A stretch of 64,000 nt of DNA from Scenedesmus sp. PABB004 (GCA_014905635.1 JABVCE010000013.1:248001-312000), one strand, 5' to 3'. Shown: positions 45,429 to 58,952, counted from the stretch's first letter. The notes: generated from the letters alone by a model not told the origin. Translations and numbers: made by a program.

Positions 45429-47719
45429 AGCGGCCCTCGCCTGCGAGGGGGCGCCAACGGACAGGCAGCGTCAGTGCAGTTCGGCAGCTTGGCAACCTTA
45501 CAGGCAGGCGGCGATCGCTTCAGCAGCGCCGGCCGCGCCTGCTCGCGCACGGACTGGCGCATCACCGCCGCCAGCTCCTGCTGATGCTGCTGCCGCAGCA
45601 GGTCCAGGTCGCGCTGTCGCTGCTGCGCCGCGGCGTCGCTGGCCGCGCGCGCCGCGTCAGCCGCAGCTGCGGCGTCGGTGGCTGCGCCCGCGGCGGCGTG
45701 CAGCTCGTCCAGCGCCCTATGGCCGGGCGCGGCAGCGCGGCGGAGCAGCTCAGCCGAACGGAACAAAGCTGCGGCGGGCCCGTGCGCTGGCTGTGCCAAT
45801 TCTTGCGCCCGCGCACCTGCGCAGGTGCAGCAGCTCTGCCGCCTGCTGGCCCAGCTGCCAGCGCAGCTCGCCCGCCTCGCGCTGGGGCGTGGCAGCGCAG
45901 CCGGCCGGCGCCTGCGCCGGCAGCACCAGCGCCGCGCCTGGCCGTTGCGGCGAGGGCGGACCTGCCAGGCGGTCCGCGAGCGCCTGGCGCTCCCGCTCGA
46001 GGCGCGCCAGCCGCTCGTGCAGCGCCTGCTGCTGCGCTGCCGCGCCCTGCTCGCGCTGCAACGCGGCGGTGGGGCGCGCCGCCGCGGGGGCCGACGTGAG
46101 CCAGCGGCGCAGCGGAGCCGCGACCAGCGCCCGTCCGGCCGGGCCCCACCTGCAGCGCGGCCGCGGTGTGCTCGGCAGTGAGCCTGGCCACGAGGGCGTC
46201 CCGCTCAGCCTGCCACACCTGGCGCTCCTTCTCCAGCGACTGCTGCGACACCACGCGCACCTGCGGCGCCGCGCAGCGCCGCGGGCGGGCGCGCGTGCCG
46301 CCGTCGCCGCCTCGGCGGCCGGCGGCTGGCCCCCTGCCCCTCTGACGCCCCCGCGCGCCGCGCGCACACGGCCACCGACCTGCATCACGGCACTGGCATG
46401 GCTGCGCTCGAGCGCCGCGCGCTCCTTGTCCCACGCCTGCCGCGCAGCCGCGAGCGCCGCCGCGCCGTCCGCTGCCGCCTGCTGCAGCGCGGCCGCCGTC
46501 TGCGAAAGCTGCTGCTCGAGCGCCGCCGCCCGCGCCGCCGCCATCGCCGCCCGCTCGTCGGAGGCCGCCAGCTCGCGCCTGAGCTCCTGCAGCTGCGCGC
46601 GCAGCTCCTGCTCGGCGCACCGCGCGCGCTCCGCCGCCGCCGACTGTGCCTCCGCCGCGCTCGCCTGCGCTGCATCGTGGCTCGCGACCAGCGACGCGCG
46701 CAGCCGCTCGCGCTCGTCGGCCGCCGCCGCTGCGTCGCCGGCGCGCTCGCGCCGCAGCTCCGCGGCTGCCTCGCGCTCGCGGGCCGCCACGGCCTCAGCG
46801 TCGCGCGCCGCCGCGTGCGCCTGCTGGAGCTCCGCGCGCAGCTGCTCCAGCTCCGCGGCGGCCGCCGCCAGCTGCGCCGCGCTCTTGCCCGCCGCCGCCG
46901 CCCCCGCCGCCGTCGCGTCGTTCGCGCGGCGGCGGTCGCGCGCTGGCGCTCCGCGTCGGCCAGCAGCAGCTGCTCCACCGCCGCCGCCGCCGCCGCCAGC
47001 GGCGCCGGGGCGCCGTCCGGCGCCGCGTCATCGCCCCCGCAGCGCTCCCGCCGCCAGCGCAGCAGCGGCCGCAGCACCGCGTCGCGCAGCTCCCGCTCCT
47101 GCCCCGGCCTCGCCGCCAGCTGCCGCTGCGCCGCCTTCAGCTCGCGCCCCAGGCGCACGTTGGCCGCCGCCTGATCCACGAGCTGCTGCGCCTGCGCCGC
47201 CAGCGCGCGACCGCTGTCCGCCAGCCGCGCGTTGGCCGCCTCTGCCACGCCCGCGGCCTGCTGCGCGGCGAGTCTCCAGGCCTCGACGTCGCGCCGCAGC
47301 GCGTGGCGCTGCTTGACCGCCGCCGCGCGCGCCGCGGACAGCTGCGCGTGCAGCGCGGCCTGGGCCGCCTGCGACGACGCGAGCTCGGCCAGCAGCCCGC
47401 CCAGGCCCGCGCCGCGCCCGGGCGACCGCCGGCGCACGGTCGCCGCGGCGACCTCGGCCGACAGCTCGGCGCGCAGCGCCTCGAGCGCCGCCGCCGGCTT
47501 TGGCGGCGCGTCTGGCTGCGACGCCGCCGCAGGCACGGCGTCGACGGCGGCATCACAGCCGTCCAGGCTGCTGCCGGCGTCGTCCTCGGCCTCCAGCACC
47601 GCGCGCAGCCGGCGCAGCAGCTGCGCCGCGCGCTGCTGCTGCGAGCACGTGTCCGCCACCGCCGCGTACAGCTCCTGCCGCGCCGCCTGCAGCTGCTGAT
47701 CGCGCGCCAGGGCGGCCAT
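45252..47719 (-). CDS. Long coiled-coil protein of unknown function; apparent frameshift at about 46920-46945
   Basis: A/E/Q/R/L-rich heptad sequence ([18 protein letters not shown]...); last intron GC-AG 45538-45441 with CTGAC branch point; last exon [10 protein letters not shown]...CVARH*. Confidence 0.7.
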
Positions 47720-48141
47720 GCGGGCACGACGCGGGGCGGCGCAGCCGGTCCGCAGCTGGCGCGCGTTGGCGTGCGAGCGCGCAGCCGACGGCGCTCGCCG
47801 CCGCGCAGCGCGGCTGCCTGGTCGGCGGGCTGGCAGCGTGGCGAGGGCGGCGAGGGCACTCGACCGACCGCCGCGCGCCCGCGCGCGGAGCGCTTGTGCC
47901 GCCGCTTGTGCCGCTCGCGTGACTGCCGCTCGCGTGACGACCTTGCCGGGGCGGCGCGGACTGCCGCGCGGCCCCCCACGGCGCACACGTGCGAGCGCTC
48001 GCCAGACGTCGCCTGCCAGCGAGGAGTCGCCGCTGCACGCAGCGCCGTCCGCCGGCCGCAGCGCCAGCCGCCGCCGCCGCAGCAGCAGCAGCAGCAGCAG
48101 CAGACGCAGACGCAGCAGACGCAGCAGCAGGAGCAGCAGCC

Positions 48142-51006
48142 ATGGGGATCCTAGAAAAGTGCGGGCGCAGCGGCGCCGGCCGCCGGCGGGCGCGGGCGGC
48201 GGCAGCAGCGGCGCGCGCCGCTGCGCGCCGAGCCCGCCGCGCGGCGCGGCGCCCCGCAGGATCAAGGAGATCGAGGCGGAAATGGCGCGGACGCAACGGA
48301 ACAAGGTGCGGCCCTGGTTCCGGCGCGCCCGCCGTCGGAGCGGCGCAGCGGCGGCAGCCGCAGCTGGCGGCAGGAGCGGCTGCGCGCCGCGGCGACACGC
48401 GCGCCGCGGTGCGCGCCGCGGTGCGCCGCAGGCCACGGAGTACCACCTGGGCCAGCTCAAGGCGCGCCTTGCCAAGCTGCGCACGGAGCTGCAGGCGCCG
48501 TCGTCAAAGGTGCGGCGGCGCTGCCGTGCTGCGTCAGGCAGTGCAAGGGGGGGGGGGGGGGGGGGGGGCTGCGCGCACGCAGGGCCGCCCACCGCCCACC
48601 TGCGCGCGCGCCGCCGCTCGCGCGCGCAGGGCGGCGCGGGCGAGGGCTTCGACGTGCAGAAGTACGGCGACGGCCGCGTGGCGCTCATCGGTAGGGCCAC
48701 ATCTCGCCAGGCGGCAGCGGCGGCTGCGGCGGGCCCTGCGGGGCGCCGGCCGGCCCGCCCGCCCGCCCGCCCGCCCGCCCGCCTGCCCGCAGCGGCGGCG
48801 CGCGGCCCACGCGCCCGCGCGCCCACCGCGCGGCCGCGCCCGCCTCCCGCAGGCTTCCCGTCGGTCGGCAAGTCGTCGCTGCTGACCATCCTCACGGGCA
48901 CGGAGAGCGAGGCGGCGGCGTACGAGTTCACCACGCTCACCTGCATCCCGGGCGTCATCCACTACAACGACGCCAAGATCCAGCTGCTCGACCTGCCCGG
49001 CATCATCGAGGGCGCCGCCGAGGGCAAGGGCCGCGGCCGGCAGGCACGAAACAGCGGCGGCCGCGCGGCGGCGGCGCGGCGGCCCCGCACTCCCTGCCGA
49101 CGCGGCGCCGACACGGCGTGCCACACGTGGCGCAGGTCATCGCTGTGTGCAAGAGCGCCGACCTGCTGCTGATGGTGCTCGACGCGACCAAGCCGTGGTA
49201 CCACCGGGAGATCCTCACGCGCGAGCTCGAGAGCGTCGGCATGCGCCTCAACCGGTGCGCCCGCGGCGGCGGCGCCGCGGCGGGCGCGGCGGCGCGGCGT
49301 GCGGGGGTGCGCCCGCGCGCCCACCGCCGCACGTGCGGTGCGCCGCGCGGGGGTGCGCGCGCGGCGGCGCCCACCGCCCGCCGCCGTGCGGCGCCGCGCC
49401 GCCGCGCGTCGCGGGGCGGTGGCCAGGTCGCCGCCGAACATCTACTTCAAGAAGAAGAAGACTGGCGGCGTGGGCATCAACAGCACGGTGCCGCTCACGC
49501 GCATGGACGAGAAGATGGTGCTGCGCGTGCTGCAGGAGTACAAGATCCACAACTGCGAGGTGCGCGGCCGGGCGGGCGGCGGGCACGTGCTCGGGCGGCG
49601 GGCGGCGGGCGGCGGCGCGGCCGCACGTGTGCGCGGGTGCACGGGTGCGGGGGTGCGGGGGTGCGCGGCGAGGGCGTGCGGGGCGCGGGCGCTGAGCGGC
49701 GGCGCGTCGTGCCGCGCCGCGCCGCGTCGCGCAGCTGCTGTTCAAGGAGGACTGCAGCGTGGACGACCTCATCGACGTCATCGAGGGCAACCGGCGCTAC
49801 GTCAAGTGCCTCTACGTCTACAACAAGGTGCGCCGCGTGCGCGGGCGTGGCCTGCGTGTGTGTGCGGCGCGTGCGGCGTGTGCGCCGCGTGCGGGCGTGG
49901 CGTGTGTGTGTGCGGCGTGTGCGCTGTGTGGCTGGTGTGTGGGGCCAGCGCGCACGCGCAAGCGCGCCGCGCCGCTGCCCCGCCGCTGCGCGCCATCTGC
50001 GGGGGCGTCTGCCGACGCGTTGCGCGCCGCGCGCCACGCGTCCCGCACCGCGCCCCGCGCGCCCAGGTTGACATGTGCAGCATGGAGGAGGTCGACGAGA
50101 TCGCGCGGCGCGCCAACTCCATCCCCATCAGCTGCAGCCTGAAGCTCAACATGGACGGCCTGCTCGCGCGCATCTGGGACATGATGGCCCTGGTGCGACG
50201 CGCGCGGGGCGTGGCGGCGCGGAGCGGCGCGGGCCTGCGCGGCGCGGCGCGTGCCTGCGCGGCGCGGGCAGTGGGCGGGGCTGGCGCGGCGGGGGCAGCG
50301 GCACGCCTACCCGGCCTCTTGCGGCGCGGCGCGGCGCGGCACGCCTACCCGGCCTCTTGCGGCGCGGCGCGGCGCGGCGCGCCCACCCGCGTGCGGCGCG
50401 GCGCAGGTGCGCGTGTATACCAAGAAGGTCGGCCACAAGCCCGACTTTGCCGAGCCCGTGGTGCTGACGTCGGACCGGTGCGGCGGCGCCGCAACGCGGT
50501 CGCGGTCGCGCGCGCCGCCGCCCCCTCCCCCGCCTCCCCCGGCGCCGCCCCGCCGCGCGGTCGACCCCGCCGCGCGCGTGCGCCGCAGCGGCGGCACGAC
50601 GATGGAGGCGATGTGCAAGCAGATCCACAACACGCTGAGCCGGGAGTTCAAGTATGCGCTCGTGTGGGGCGCGAGCGCCAAGCACTACCCGCAGCGCGTC
50701 GGCATGACGCACCAGCTCGCCGACGAGGACGTCGTGCAGGCGCGGCGCGGCCGCTGCTGCGCGGCGCTGCTGCGCGATTCGGCTGCTGTGCGGGCGGGGC
50801 GCGCCGGCCGCCTGCAAAAAGGGGCGGCGCCGCGGGCCGGGGCCGTGCGCCGCGCCCGCCGACGCGCCCGCGCGCGCGGCGCCACGCGCGCGCAGGTGGT
50901 CAAGGCCAAGGTGCAGACGGAGGAGGGGCGGGGACGGTTCAAGACGACCAGCGACAAGCCGCTGCGCATCGCCGACCGCGAGAAGAAGGCGGCGCTCAAG
51001 ACGTAG
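48142..51006 (+). CDS. DRG2: Developmentally regulated GTP-binding protein, DRG2/Rbg2 type, 12 exons
   Basis: [63 protein letters not shown] domain FKYALVWG. Confidence 0.95.
50298..50380. repeat. About 38-bp tandem duplication in a DRG intron
   Basis: GCGGCACGCCTACCCGGCCTCTTGCGGCGCGGCGCGG occurs twice. Confidence 0.8.
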
Positions 51007-51430
51007 CGCGCGCAGCGCACGGCGCGCGGCGGGGCGCTCGGCAGCGCGGCGCGGTGGAGGGGAGGGGCGTTGGACTGTACAGGCACCGGCGCTCACCCCC
51101 GGCGGCCGCTGAGACACGCGGCGCCGCGCCAGGCAGCGTGGCCCTTTCACGCGGGCGCCGCAACAACCCTGATCGCCGCCCCTGATCGCGTGCCGGCGCT
51201 GATCACGGTGCTTGCATCGCTGCCGACCCGCTGCCGCGCCGCCGGGCGGCCTCGGCGCGGCGTGGCCCCGTGCGGCGCGCGGCCGTTTTGACGCTGCACC
51301 GCCGCCGCCCAAAGACCCACGGGCCGGTGCCTGCACGCCCGCGCAGCCGGCGTGCAGACGACCACACCAGCACCGTGGCGGCGGCGTCGGCCACGGCTTC
51401 CGGGGCAGCCCACAACGCAGGCAACAGAAT

Positions 51431-53079
51431 ATGGCATCGTCCGCGCTCCTCGCTCGCAGCCGGGCCGCCGCCGGCACGCGGCCAGGCGGCCGCGGCGTGG
51501 CGGTCCCGGCGGTGCGCCGGCCCGCGGCGCGCAGCAGGTGCGTGCGACGCCGGGCGGCCGCACGCCTCGACGGCATCAGCCAGCTGGCGCGCCGCGCTCA
51601 CGCCGCTCCGCGGCCCGCCCGCCATCACAGCGCGCCCGTCGCGGTCTCGGCGTCGCCCAGGCGCAGCAGCACCAGGTGCGGCCCGACGGGTGGGGCCGCA
51701 ACGGCCGCAGCAGCAGGGCGGGATGCCGGCAGCCCCTCACGCCCCCGACGCGCGGCCGTTGCCGCAGGGCGGCGGCCACCAACAACGGCGCGACCGCGAC
51801 CGCCGACAAGGCGGCGGGCAGCGGTCCGGTGCCCATCGTGAAGATCGACAACATGTCCGACCCGTTCGCCACCAAGGCGCGCCGCTGGCGCTGGCGCCGC
51901 AGGCCAACCCCGCGCCGCCGCCGCGCGGCCGCCTGACGCCGCCGCCGCACTGCAGGTGACGGTGGAGTTTGGCGACAAGCTGGGGGAGCTGCTGGACACG
52001 GTGAGGAGCGGCGGCCCCCGATCGCCGACGACAGCAGCAGCACGCTGCCACGCGGCGGCGCGGGGCGGCGGCGCATGCGCGATCGCGGCGCCGGCGGGAC
52101 GGCAGTGGCAACGGCGCAGCGGCGGCGGCGCCAGCGGGACCGGCGGCCGTGGCGCTGCAGCAGCGGCCACGGGCGCGGCGGCCGCGGGCAGCGCCCGCGC
52201 GCTCATGCGCGCGCCCCGCGCGCCGCGCCGCGCCGCGCCCAGATCACTGCGCTCAAGAACCTGAACCTCAACATCCGCAAGGCTGCGCTCGCGGACCAGT
52301 CGTCGTCGAAGAACAAGTCGACCTTCTACATCACTGACGCCGACACCAGCGAAAAGGTGGTCAAGTCGGCGCGCCTGGAGGAGATCCGCATGACCATCAT
52401 CAACAACATGCTCTACTTCCACCCCGTGAGCGCGGCGGCGGCGCGCGCTCGCCGCCTGGCGCGCTGGCCGGCGGCGGGCGGGGCCGAGGGGCGCGCGCTC
52501 GCGCGCGGGCGCCGGCCGCGGCCCACGCGCGCGGCGCGACCGCCACGCGCCCCGCCCCCGGCGCGCAGGAGAGCTCCGAGTCGCTGGCGGCGGGCAAGTC
52601 CTTCGCGCCGGCGCAGCGCGACCAGACCCACCCGCTGGGGCCCAAGGCGCGCGTGGTGGTGCAGACGACCATCGAGGTGCGCGCGCCGCAGCAGCTTCGG
52701 CAGCGCGCCGCAGCGGCGACGGCAGCGGGCGGGCGCCACCGCGGGGCAGCCGACGCGGCGGGCACCGACGCCCCGCCCCGCGCCCCGGCCCGGCGCCGCG
52801 CGCGCGCAGGTCAAGGAGGCGCCGAGCGGCAGCTGCAGCATCCTGCTCGTCTCCACGACCGACCGCCCGGGGCTGCTCGTGGACATCGTGTCGGTGCTGA
52901 AGGACATCAACGTCAACGTCGTGTCGGCCGAGATCGACACCGTCGGCAGCGAGGCGCGCGACGAGTTCTTCGTGACGTACCACGGCGAGCCGCTCAACCC
53001 GCCGATGGTGCAGCTCGTCACCAACTCGCTGCAGTACTACCTCAGCCTCGCCGAGGTGGAGAAGGAGGAGTCCTACTGA
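51431..53079 (+). CDS. Plastid ACT-domain protein, ACR11/ACR12-like
   Basis: Transit-like N-terminus; VEFGDKLGELLDT, SARLEEIRMTIINNMLYFHPESSE, TTDRPGLLVDIV, VSAEIDTVGSEARDEFFVTYHGEPL. Confidence 0.9.
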
Positions 53080-53809
53080 GCTCGGCGCCCGCCCGAGCCG
53101 GCGCGCGGGGCGCGGTGATCTCTTGGGCGCGCCGCGGCGGCGCGCGCCGCGCGCGCGGCGGCGCGGGCAAGAAGTGCGCGCGCCCCGGCGGCGCGCGCGC
53201 GGGCGCTGCCCCGGAGCAATTTCGTGCGCGCGCGCCCGCCGCGGCGCGGCGCGGCGCGGCGGGCCGGCAGGGTCTGGGCGGGGTCTGCCAGCCAGGGGGC
53301 GGGGGCTGCAGGTGCGCGATTGATGCTTGCGGCGGTGCTGGGGTGGTGGGGCAGGGGGCGGTGCGTGCGCAGCGGTGGTCTTGATCTTCGCCCTGTATAC
53401 TAGCCGCGGCTGGCGGCGCCGGCGGTCACCCTCGTGGCCGGCGGCGCCGCCGCCTCGACCCCGTGCGCGCGTGTAATCATGCCGTACGGCGCGCCCGCGG
53501 CCGCGGGCAGCCGGGGACGCTGCGCCGGGGGGCCGCGGAGGCGCTGATGGGGAGGGCTGCGGGTGGCGCTGCCGCCGTCATCCGCCGTCAGTGCCAACTC
53601 CAGGCGCGGGTCCTGAGCGCGCGGCGCGCATCGCCCGTCCAAGCTCTAGATCACACGCAGCGACCACACCATCGCACACGACCGCGCACTGCGCCAGCGC
53701 GTCACCCGACAGTGAAGACTGATCCAGCACAGCGCCCAGCGCCCGCACGGCCTCCCAGCCGGCCGCAACAGGTGCCAACCGCAGCGCCGTCGGCGTCGGG
53801 GCGGGAAAT

Positions 53810-56517
53810 ATGCACCTCTTCAAGGGCCTGCTGCACCGCAAGGCCGGGGACGCCAAGGCGCCGGGAGGTGCGTGCGGCGACGCGCACGCAGGGCCGGGCG
53901 ATGCGGGCGGGACCGGCGCGGCGCGATGGCCGGGCCGGCGCGGGTCCTGGCGCAGCGGCGGGCGGGCCCGCGGCAGCATGCGCCCGCCGAAACGGCCCAG
54001 GCCCGGCCGATCCGGGGCCGTGCGCGCGCGTGCGGATGCCTGACGGCCCGCCGGACCGCAGGCAGCAGCGCCGCGGCGGTGGTCAAGGCCAACGGCGCCG
54101 CAGGGCCCGCCCATGGCGCGCCTGCAGCGCACAAGGGCCGCGCCGTCGTGCCGGTGAGGCCGGGGGGCGGGAGCGAGGCCGGGGCGAGCTGGCCGCTGCA
54201 CCAGCCGCGCAGGCCCCCGGCGCCGCGCGTGCGCCGCGCCGCCGCGCCACGTGGCAGCGGCCGCTGCGCGCCAGGTGGCGGCGGCGCGCGGCGCACGCAC
54301 CGCCGGTCCGCAGCGCGCTGCGGGACAGGGCCGTGCCTGGCGCTGTGGGCAGCGCATGCGCGCGCCCCCCGGCGCGCGAGGGCGCGCGTGGCCGCCAACC
54401 GCTGCCGCCCCCACTGCTCCCGCCGCTGCTGCCGCCGCGCCCGCGACCGCCGCCAGGGCACGCAGCCCGCCGACAAGGACCTGGACCACCTTCACTCCAT
54501 CCCCGTGACCAAGCTGCGCGCCGCGGCGGCCGCCACGGGCGCGCTGAGCGTGCCGGACACCTACCCCCACTTCACGCCCTTTGTGGAGAACAAGAAGCAG
54601 GCGCGCACCACCACCCCGCACCCCCACCCGCACCCCCACCCCCACCCGCACCCGCACCCGCACCCGCCGCACCCCCACCCCGCCGCGCGTGCGGCTGGCC
54701 AGCGGCGCGCCGCCGCCGCCGCCGCCACCGCGGCCGCGCGGCAGCCGCCCGCCCGCCAGCGGAGCTCGACCCGCCGCCGCGTCACCCGCGCCCGCGCCCG
54801 CAGTACGACGAGATGTACGCGCGCTCCATCCAGGACCCCAACGGCTTCTGGGGCGACATGGCCAAGGAGTTTGTGTGGGACAAACCGGTGCGGCGGCGCC
54901 GCCGGAGCCGCGCGCGCCCTGGACCGCTGCCCCGCAGCGCGCGCCCACCGCGCGCCGGCTGGCTCACGCGCCGCCGCCGCCGCCGCCGCCGCATCATCGT
55001 CAGTTTGACGAGGAGCACATCGCCTGGAACTTTGACGTGCGCAAGGGCCCCATCAGCGTGGAGTGGTACAAGGGCGGCACGACCAACATCTGCTACAACG
55101 CGCTCGACAGGCGCGCGCGCTCGCAGGACGGCGCCCGCCGCGGCGCGCGCTCGCAGGACGGCGGCCGCCGCAGCGCGGGCGCCCGTGCGCCCACTGCCGG
55201 CCGACCGCCGGCCCACCGCCGGCCCGCGCGCCGCCGCGGCGCAGGCACGTCAAGGCGGGGCACGGCGAGCGCGTCGCGTTCCTGTGGGAGGGCAACGACC
55301 TCGACGAGGACCGGCGCATGACCTACCAGGAGGTGCTGGACGAGGTCTGCCAGCTGGTGAGCACCCGCCCGCGCGCCACACACACACACACACCACGCGC
55401 GCCGCCGCCCCGCACGCAGCGGCGGCCCCGCCCCGCGGCGGCGTTCCGCGCCCAGCGCCAAGCGCCCCGCGCCGCCGCGCCGGCGCGCGCCGCAGGCCAA
55501 CTACCTGCGCGGCCTGGGCGTGGGCAAGGGCGACGCGGTGAGCATCTACATGCCCATGGTCTGCGAGCTGCCCATCGCGATGCTCGCGTGCGCGCGCATC
55601 GGCGCGGTGCACAGCGTCGTGTTCGGCGGCTTCTCCGCCGAGGCGCTCGCGGGTGCGCGGCGCGGCGCGCCGGCGGCGCCGGCGGCGCTGGCGGCGGCGG
55701 CGGCGCGCGCCTCCGCGCGGGGGAGCGGCGGCGCCGGCGGCGGAGGCCGGGGCGCGCGCGCGTGCGCGCGTGCGGCCACGCACGCCGAGGCCGCCGCCGC
55801 GTCCGCGCTGCGGCGCAGGGCGCATGGCCGACTGCAAGGCCAAGGTGCTCATCACCGCGAGCGGCGTGATGCGGGGGAACAAGAAGATCGACCTCAAGGC
55901 CATCGCGGGTGAGTGTGTGTGTGGGAGGCACGGGGAGGGGGGCTGCGGGGCTTGACGGGCGCCCAGCCGGCGGCTCCACACACCGGGGGCCTGCCGTCCG
56001 GCCAGACGGCAGGCAGCCGGCGGCGAGGCCCGCGCGCGGTGCGGCCGGCCGAGCGCGCGCGCCGCGCCGCTGCTGTGTGCCGCGCCGCGCAGACGCGGGG
56101 CTGGAGATGGCGGCCAAGGCGGGGCACGCCGTGCCCACTGTGGTGGTGTACGAGAACGAGCGCGCCGCGCCGCGCGCGGCGACGGCCTTCAAGGAGGGCC
56201 GCGACGTCTGGTGCGGCGCCCCGCCGGGCGCCGCCGCGCGCCGCGCGCCCGGCCACGCGCACCGCGCAGCCCCGCCCGCCGACGCGCAGCCCCGCCCGCC
56301 GACGCGCCCCGCCCCGCCCCGCCCCGCCCCGCCCCGCCGCGCCGCGCCGCACCGCGCGGCCGCAGGTACGCCGACGCGGTGTCGTCGCAGCCCAAGGAGT
56401 GCCCCGTGGAGTGGGTGGAGGCCGAGCACCCGCTCTTCCTGCTCTACACCTCCGGCTCAACCGGTGCGCGCGCACGCACTGCCGCCGCCGCCGCCGCGCG
56501 GCCCAGCCGGCGCCCGC

Positions 56518-56557
<40 letters not shown>

Positions 56558-58952
56558 GCGGCCCAGCCGGCGCCCGCCCGTTGCGCCGCGCAGCGCAGCG
56601 CAGCGCAGTGCAGCGCAGCGCGCCGCCCACACCCCCGCCGCCCATCCTCCCCCCCCCCCCTCCTGCGCCCCCCCAATCCCGCGCGTCGCGCAGGCAAGCC
56701 CAAGGGCGTGGTGCACTGCACGGGCGGCTACATGGTGTACGCCCACACGACCACCAAGTACGTCTTCAACATGCAGCCCGGCGACGTCTACTGGTGCACC
56801 GCGGGTGCGGCCGCGGCCGTGCGCACCGCCGCCCCGCCTGCGCCGGCGCGCCGCCCTGCGCGCCGCCGCTCGCCCGCCCCCACGCCCGCGTTGCGCGCGC
56901 CCGCCTGCCCGCACGCGCCCACACGCAGACTGCGGGTGGATCACGGGGCACACGTACCTCACGTACGGCCCGCTGCTCGTGGGCGCGACCCAGGTCGTGT
57001 TTGAGGGCGTGCCCACCTACCCCGGCCCCGACCGCTGCTGGCGCGTGGTCGACAAGTACGGCGTGAGTCCCTCCCTGGGGCGGCGGGGGCTGCACGCACG
57101 GCTGGCCCGATCACAGCTCGCCGCTCCGCCCGCGCCCCTCGCCGCGCCTCCCGCCGCCCCCGCGCCCTCCGCCGCCGCCCCCGCGCCCTCCGCCGCCGCC
57201 TCCCTCCCTCCCTCCGCTGCCGCACATCCCCGCGCTGGCACCCACCCGCACCCGCCGCACTCCCGCCCCGCCCCGCCCCCGCCCCCTCTCCCCCCGGGTC
57301 ACCAACCCACCAACCAACCAGGTGAACCAGTTTTACACCGCGCCCACCGCCATCCGCAGCCTCATGCGTGCGGGCGACCTCTACGTCAAGGAGCACCTCC
57401 GCGACAGCCTGCGCATCCTCGGCTCAGTCGGCGAGCCGATCAACCCAGAGGCCTGGCGGTGCGCCGCGTGCCGCGCCGCGTGCCGCCGCGCCGCGCCGCG
57501 CCATCGCCCGCGCCGCCCGCGCCGCCGCCAGCCCCCGCTGGCGAATCTCAGCGTTGTCACTCATGTAACGCAACGACCTGACAACGTGACGCGCTCCCGC
57601 CCGCCCCGCAGGTGGTACCACGACATCGTCGGCGACGGGCGCTGCCCCGTGGTGGACACGTGGTGGCAGACCGAGACTGGCGGCCACATGATCACGCCCC
57701 TGCCCAACGCGTGGCCGCAGAAGCCCGGCAGCGCGACGCACCCCTTCTTCGGCGTCGTGCCGGCGCTCGTGGACGAGAAGGGCAACGAGGTGCGGCCCCA
57801 CGCGCGCGCGCGCGCGCGCGCATGTGCAACGAGGGAGTGTTGGCCTGCGCGGGCTGGGAGTGCGGGTGGGAAGGGCGGGAGGGGACGGAGGGGAGGCGGG
57901 GAGCGCTGCGGCCGCGGCGCGCCCCCCGCCGAGCGCCGGCCCGCCCGCCGCGCCCGTGCGCGCAGGTGGTGGGCGAGGGCGAGGGCTACCTGTGCATCAA
58001 GCAGGCCTGGCCCGGCGCGCTGCGCACCGTGTACGGCGACCACGAGCGGTGCGCGCACCGGCGCGCCGCCGCCGCCGCCGCCGCGCGGCCCCCTCGCCGC
58101 CGCTCCCGCACTCGGCCTCGCCCTCGCCCCCACATCCCCACCCGCCCACCCACCCACCCACCCACCCGCCCACCGCACCCACCCACCCGCCCGCCCACCA
58201 CACCCACCCGCCCGCCCGCCCACCCACCCGCGGCTGGCCCGCCCACAGGTACGAGACCAACTACTTCAAGCCCTTCCCCGGGTACTACTTCAGCGGCGAC
58301 GGCGCGCGGCGCGACAAGGACGGCTACATCTGGATCACCGGCCGCGTCGACGACGTCATCAACGTCAGCGGGCACAGGTCGGCGGCGGCACGCGCGCGCG
58401 CGTGCGCGCGGCGGTGGCGGCGCGGGGCGGGGCTGCGCGCCGCGGGCGGCCGGGCGCGCCAGGCGGCGGCCGGGCGGGGGCGCGCCGGGGCGGTGAGTCC
58501 GCGGCGGGCGGGGGCCGGCGCCCTCCCGCCCGCCCAACGCCCACCCGCGCCCGCGCCGCTGCCGCGCGCCCCTCGCAGGATCGGCACGGCGGAGGTCGAG
58601 AGCGCGCTCGTCGCGCACGCCAAGTGCGCCGAGGCGGCGGTGGTGGGGTACGAGCACCCGATCAAGGGCCAGGGCATCTACGCGTACGTGAGCCTCATGG
58701 AGGGCGTGGAGCCGACGGAGGACCTGCGGCGCGAGCTCATCCAGTCGGTGCGCGGCATCATCGGCGCGTTTGCCGCGCCCGACGTCATCCACTGGGTGCG
58801 GCGCGCGGCGGCGGGGCGGCGGCGGCGCGGCGTGGGGCGGGAGGCTCGGCGCGCGGCGCGGGGAGGCTTGGCACGGCGGCGCGCCGCGGGGAGGCGGCGG
58901 CGAGGCTCATGCGCGCGTGTCACACACACGTGCGCGCGCGCAGGCGCCGGGG

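Noticed and set aside
54612..54680. Poly-(His-Pro) peptide or telomere-like repeat
   Set aside because: It lies inside the ACS intron starting at GC donor 54601 and does not match TTTAGGG-type repeats.
5345..58943. Introner-type mobile introns
   Set aside because: Introns share only low-complexity GC motifs; I found no near-identical intron family or consistent TSDs by eye.
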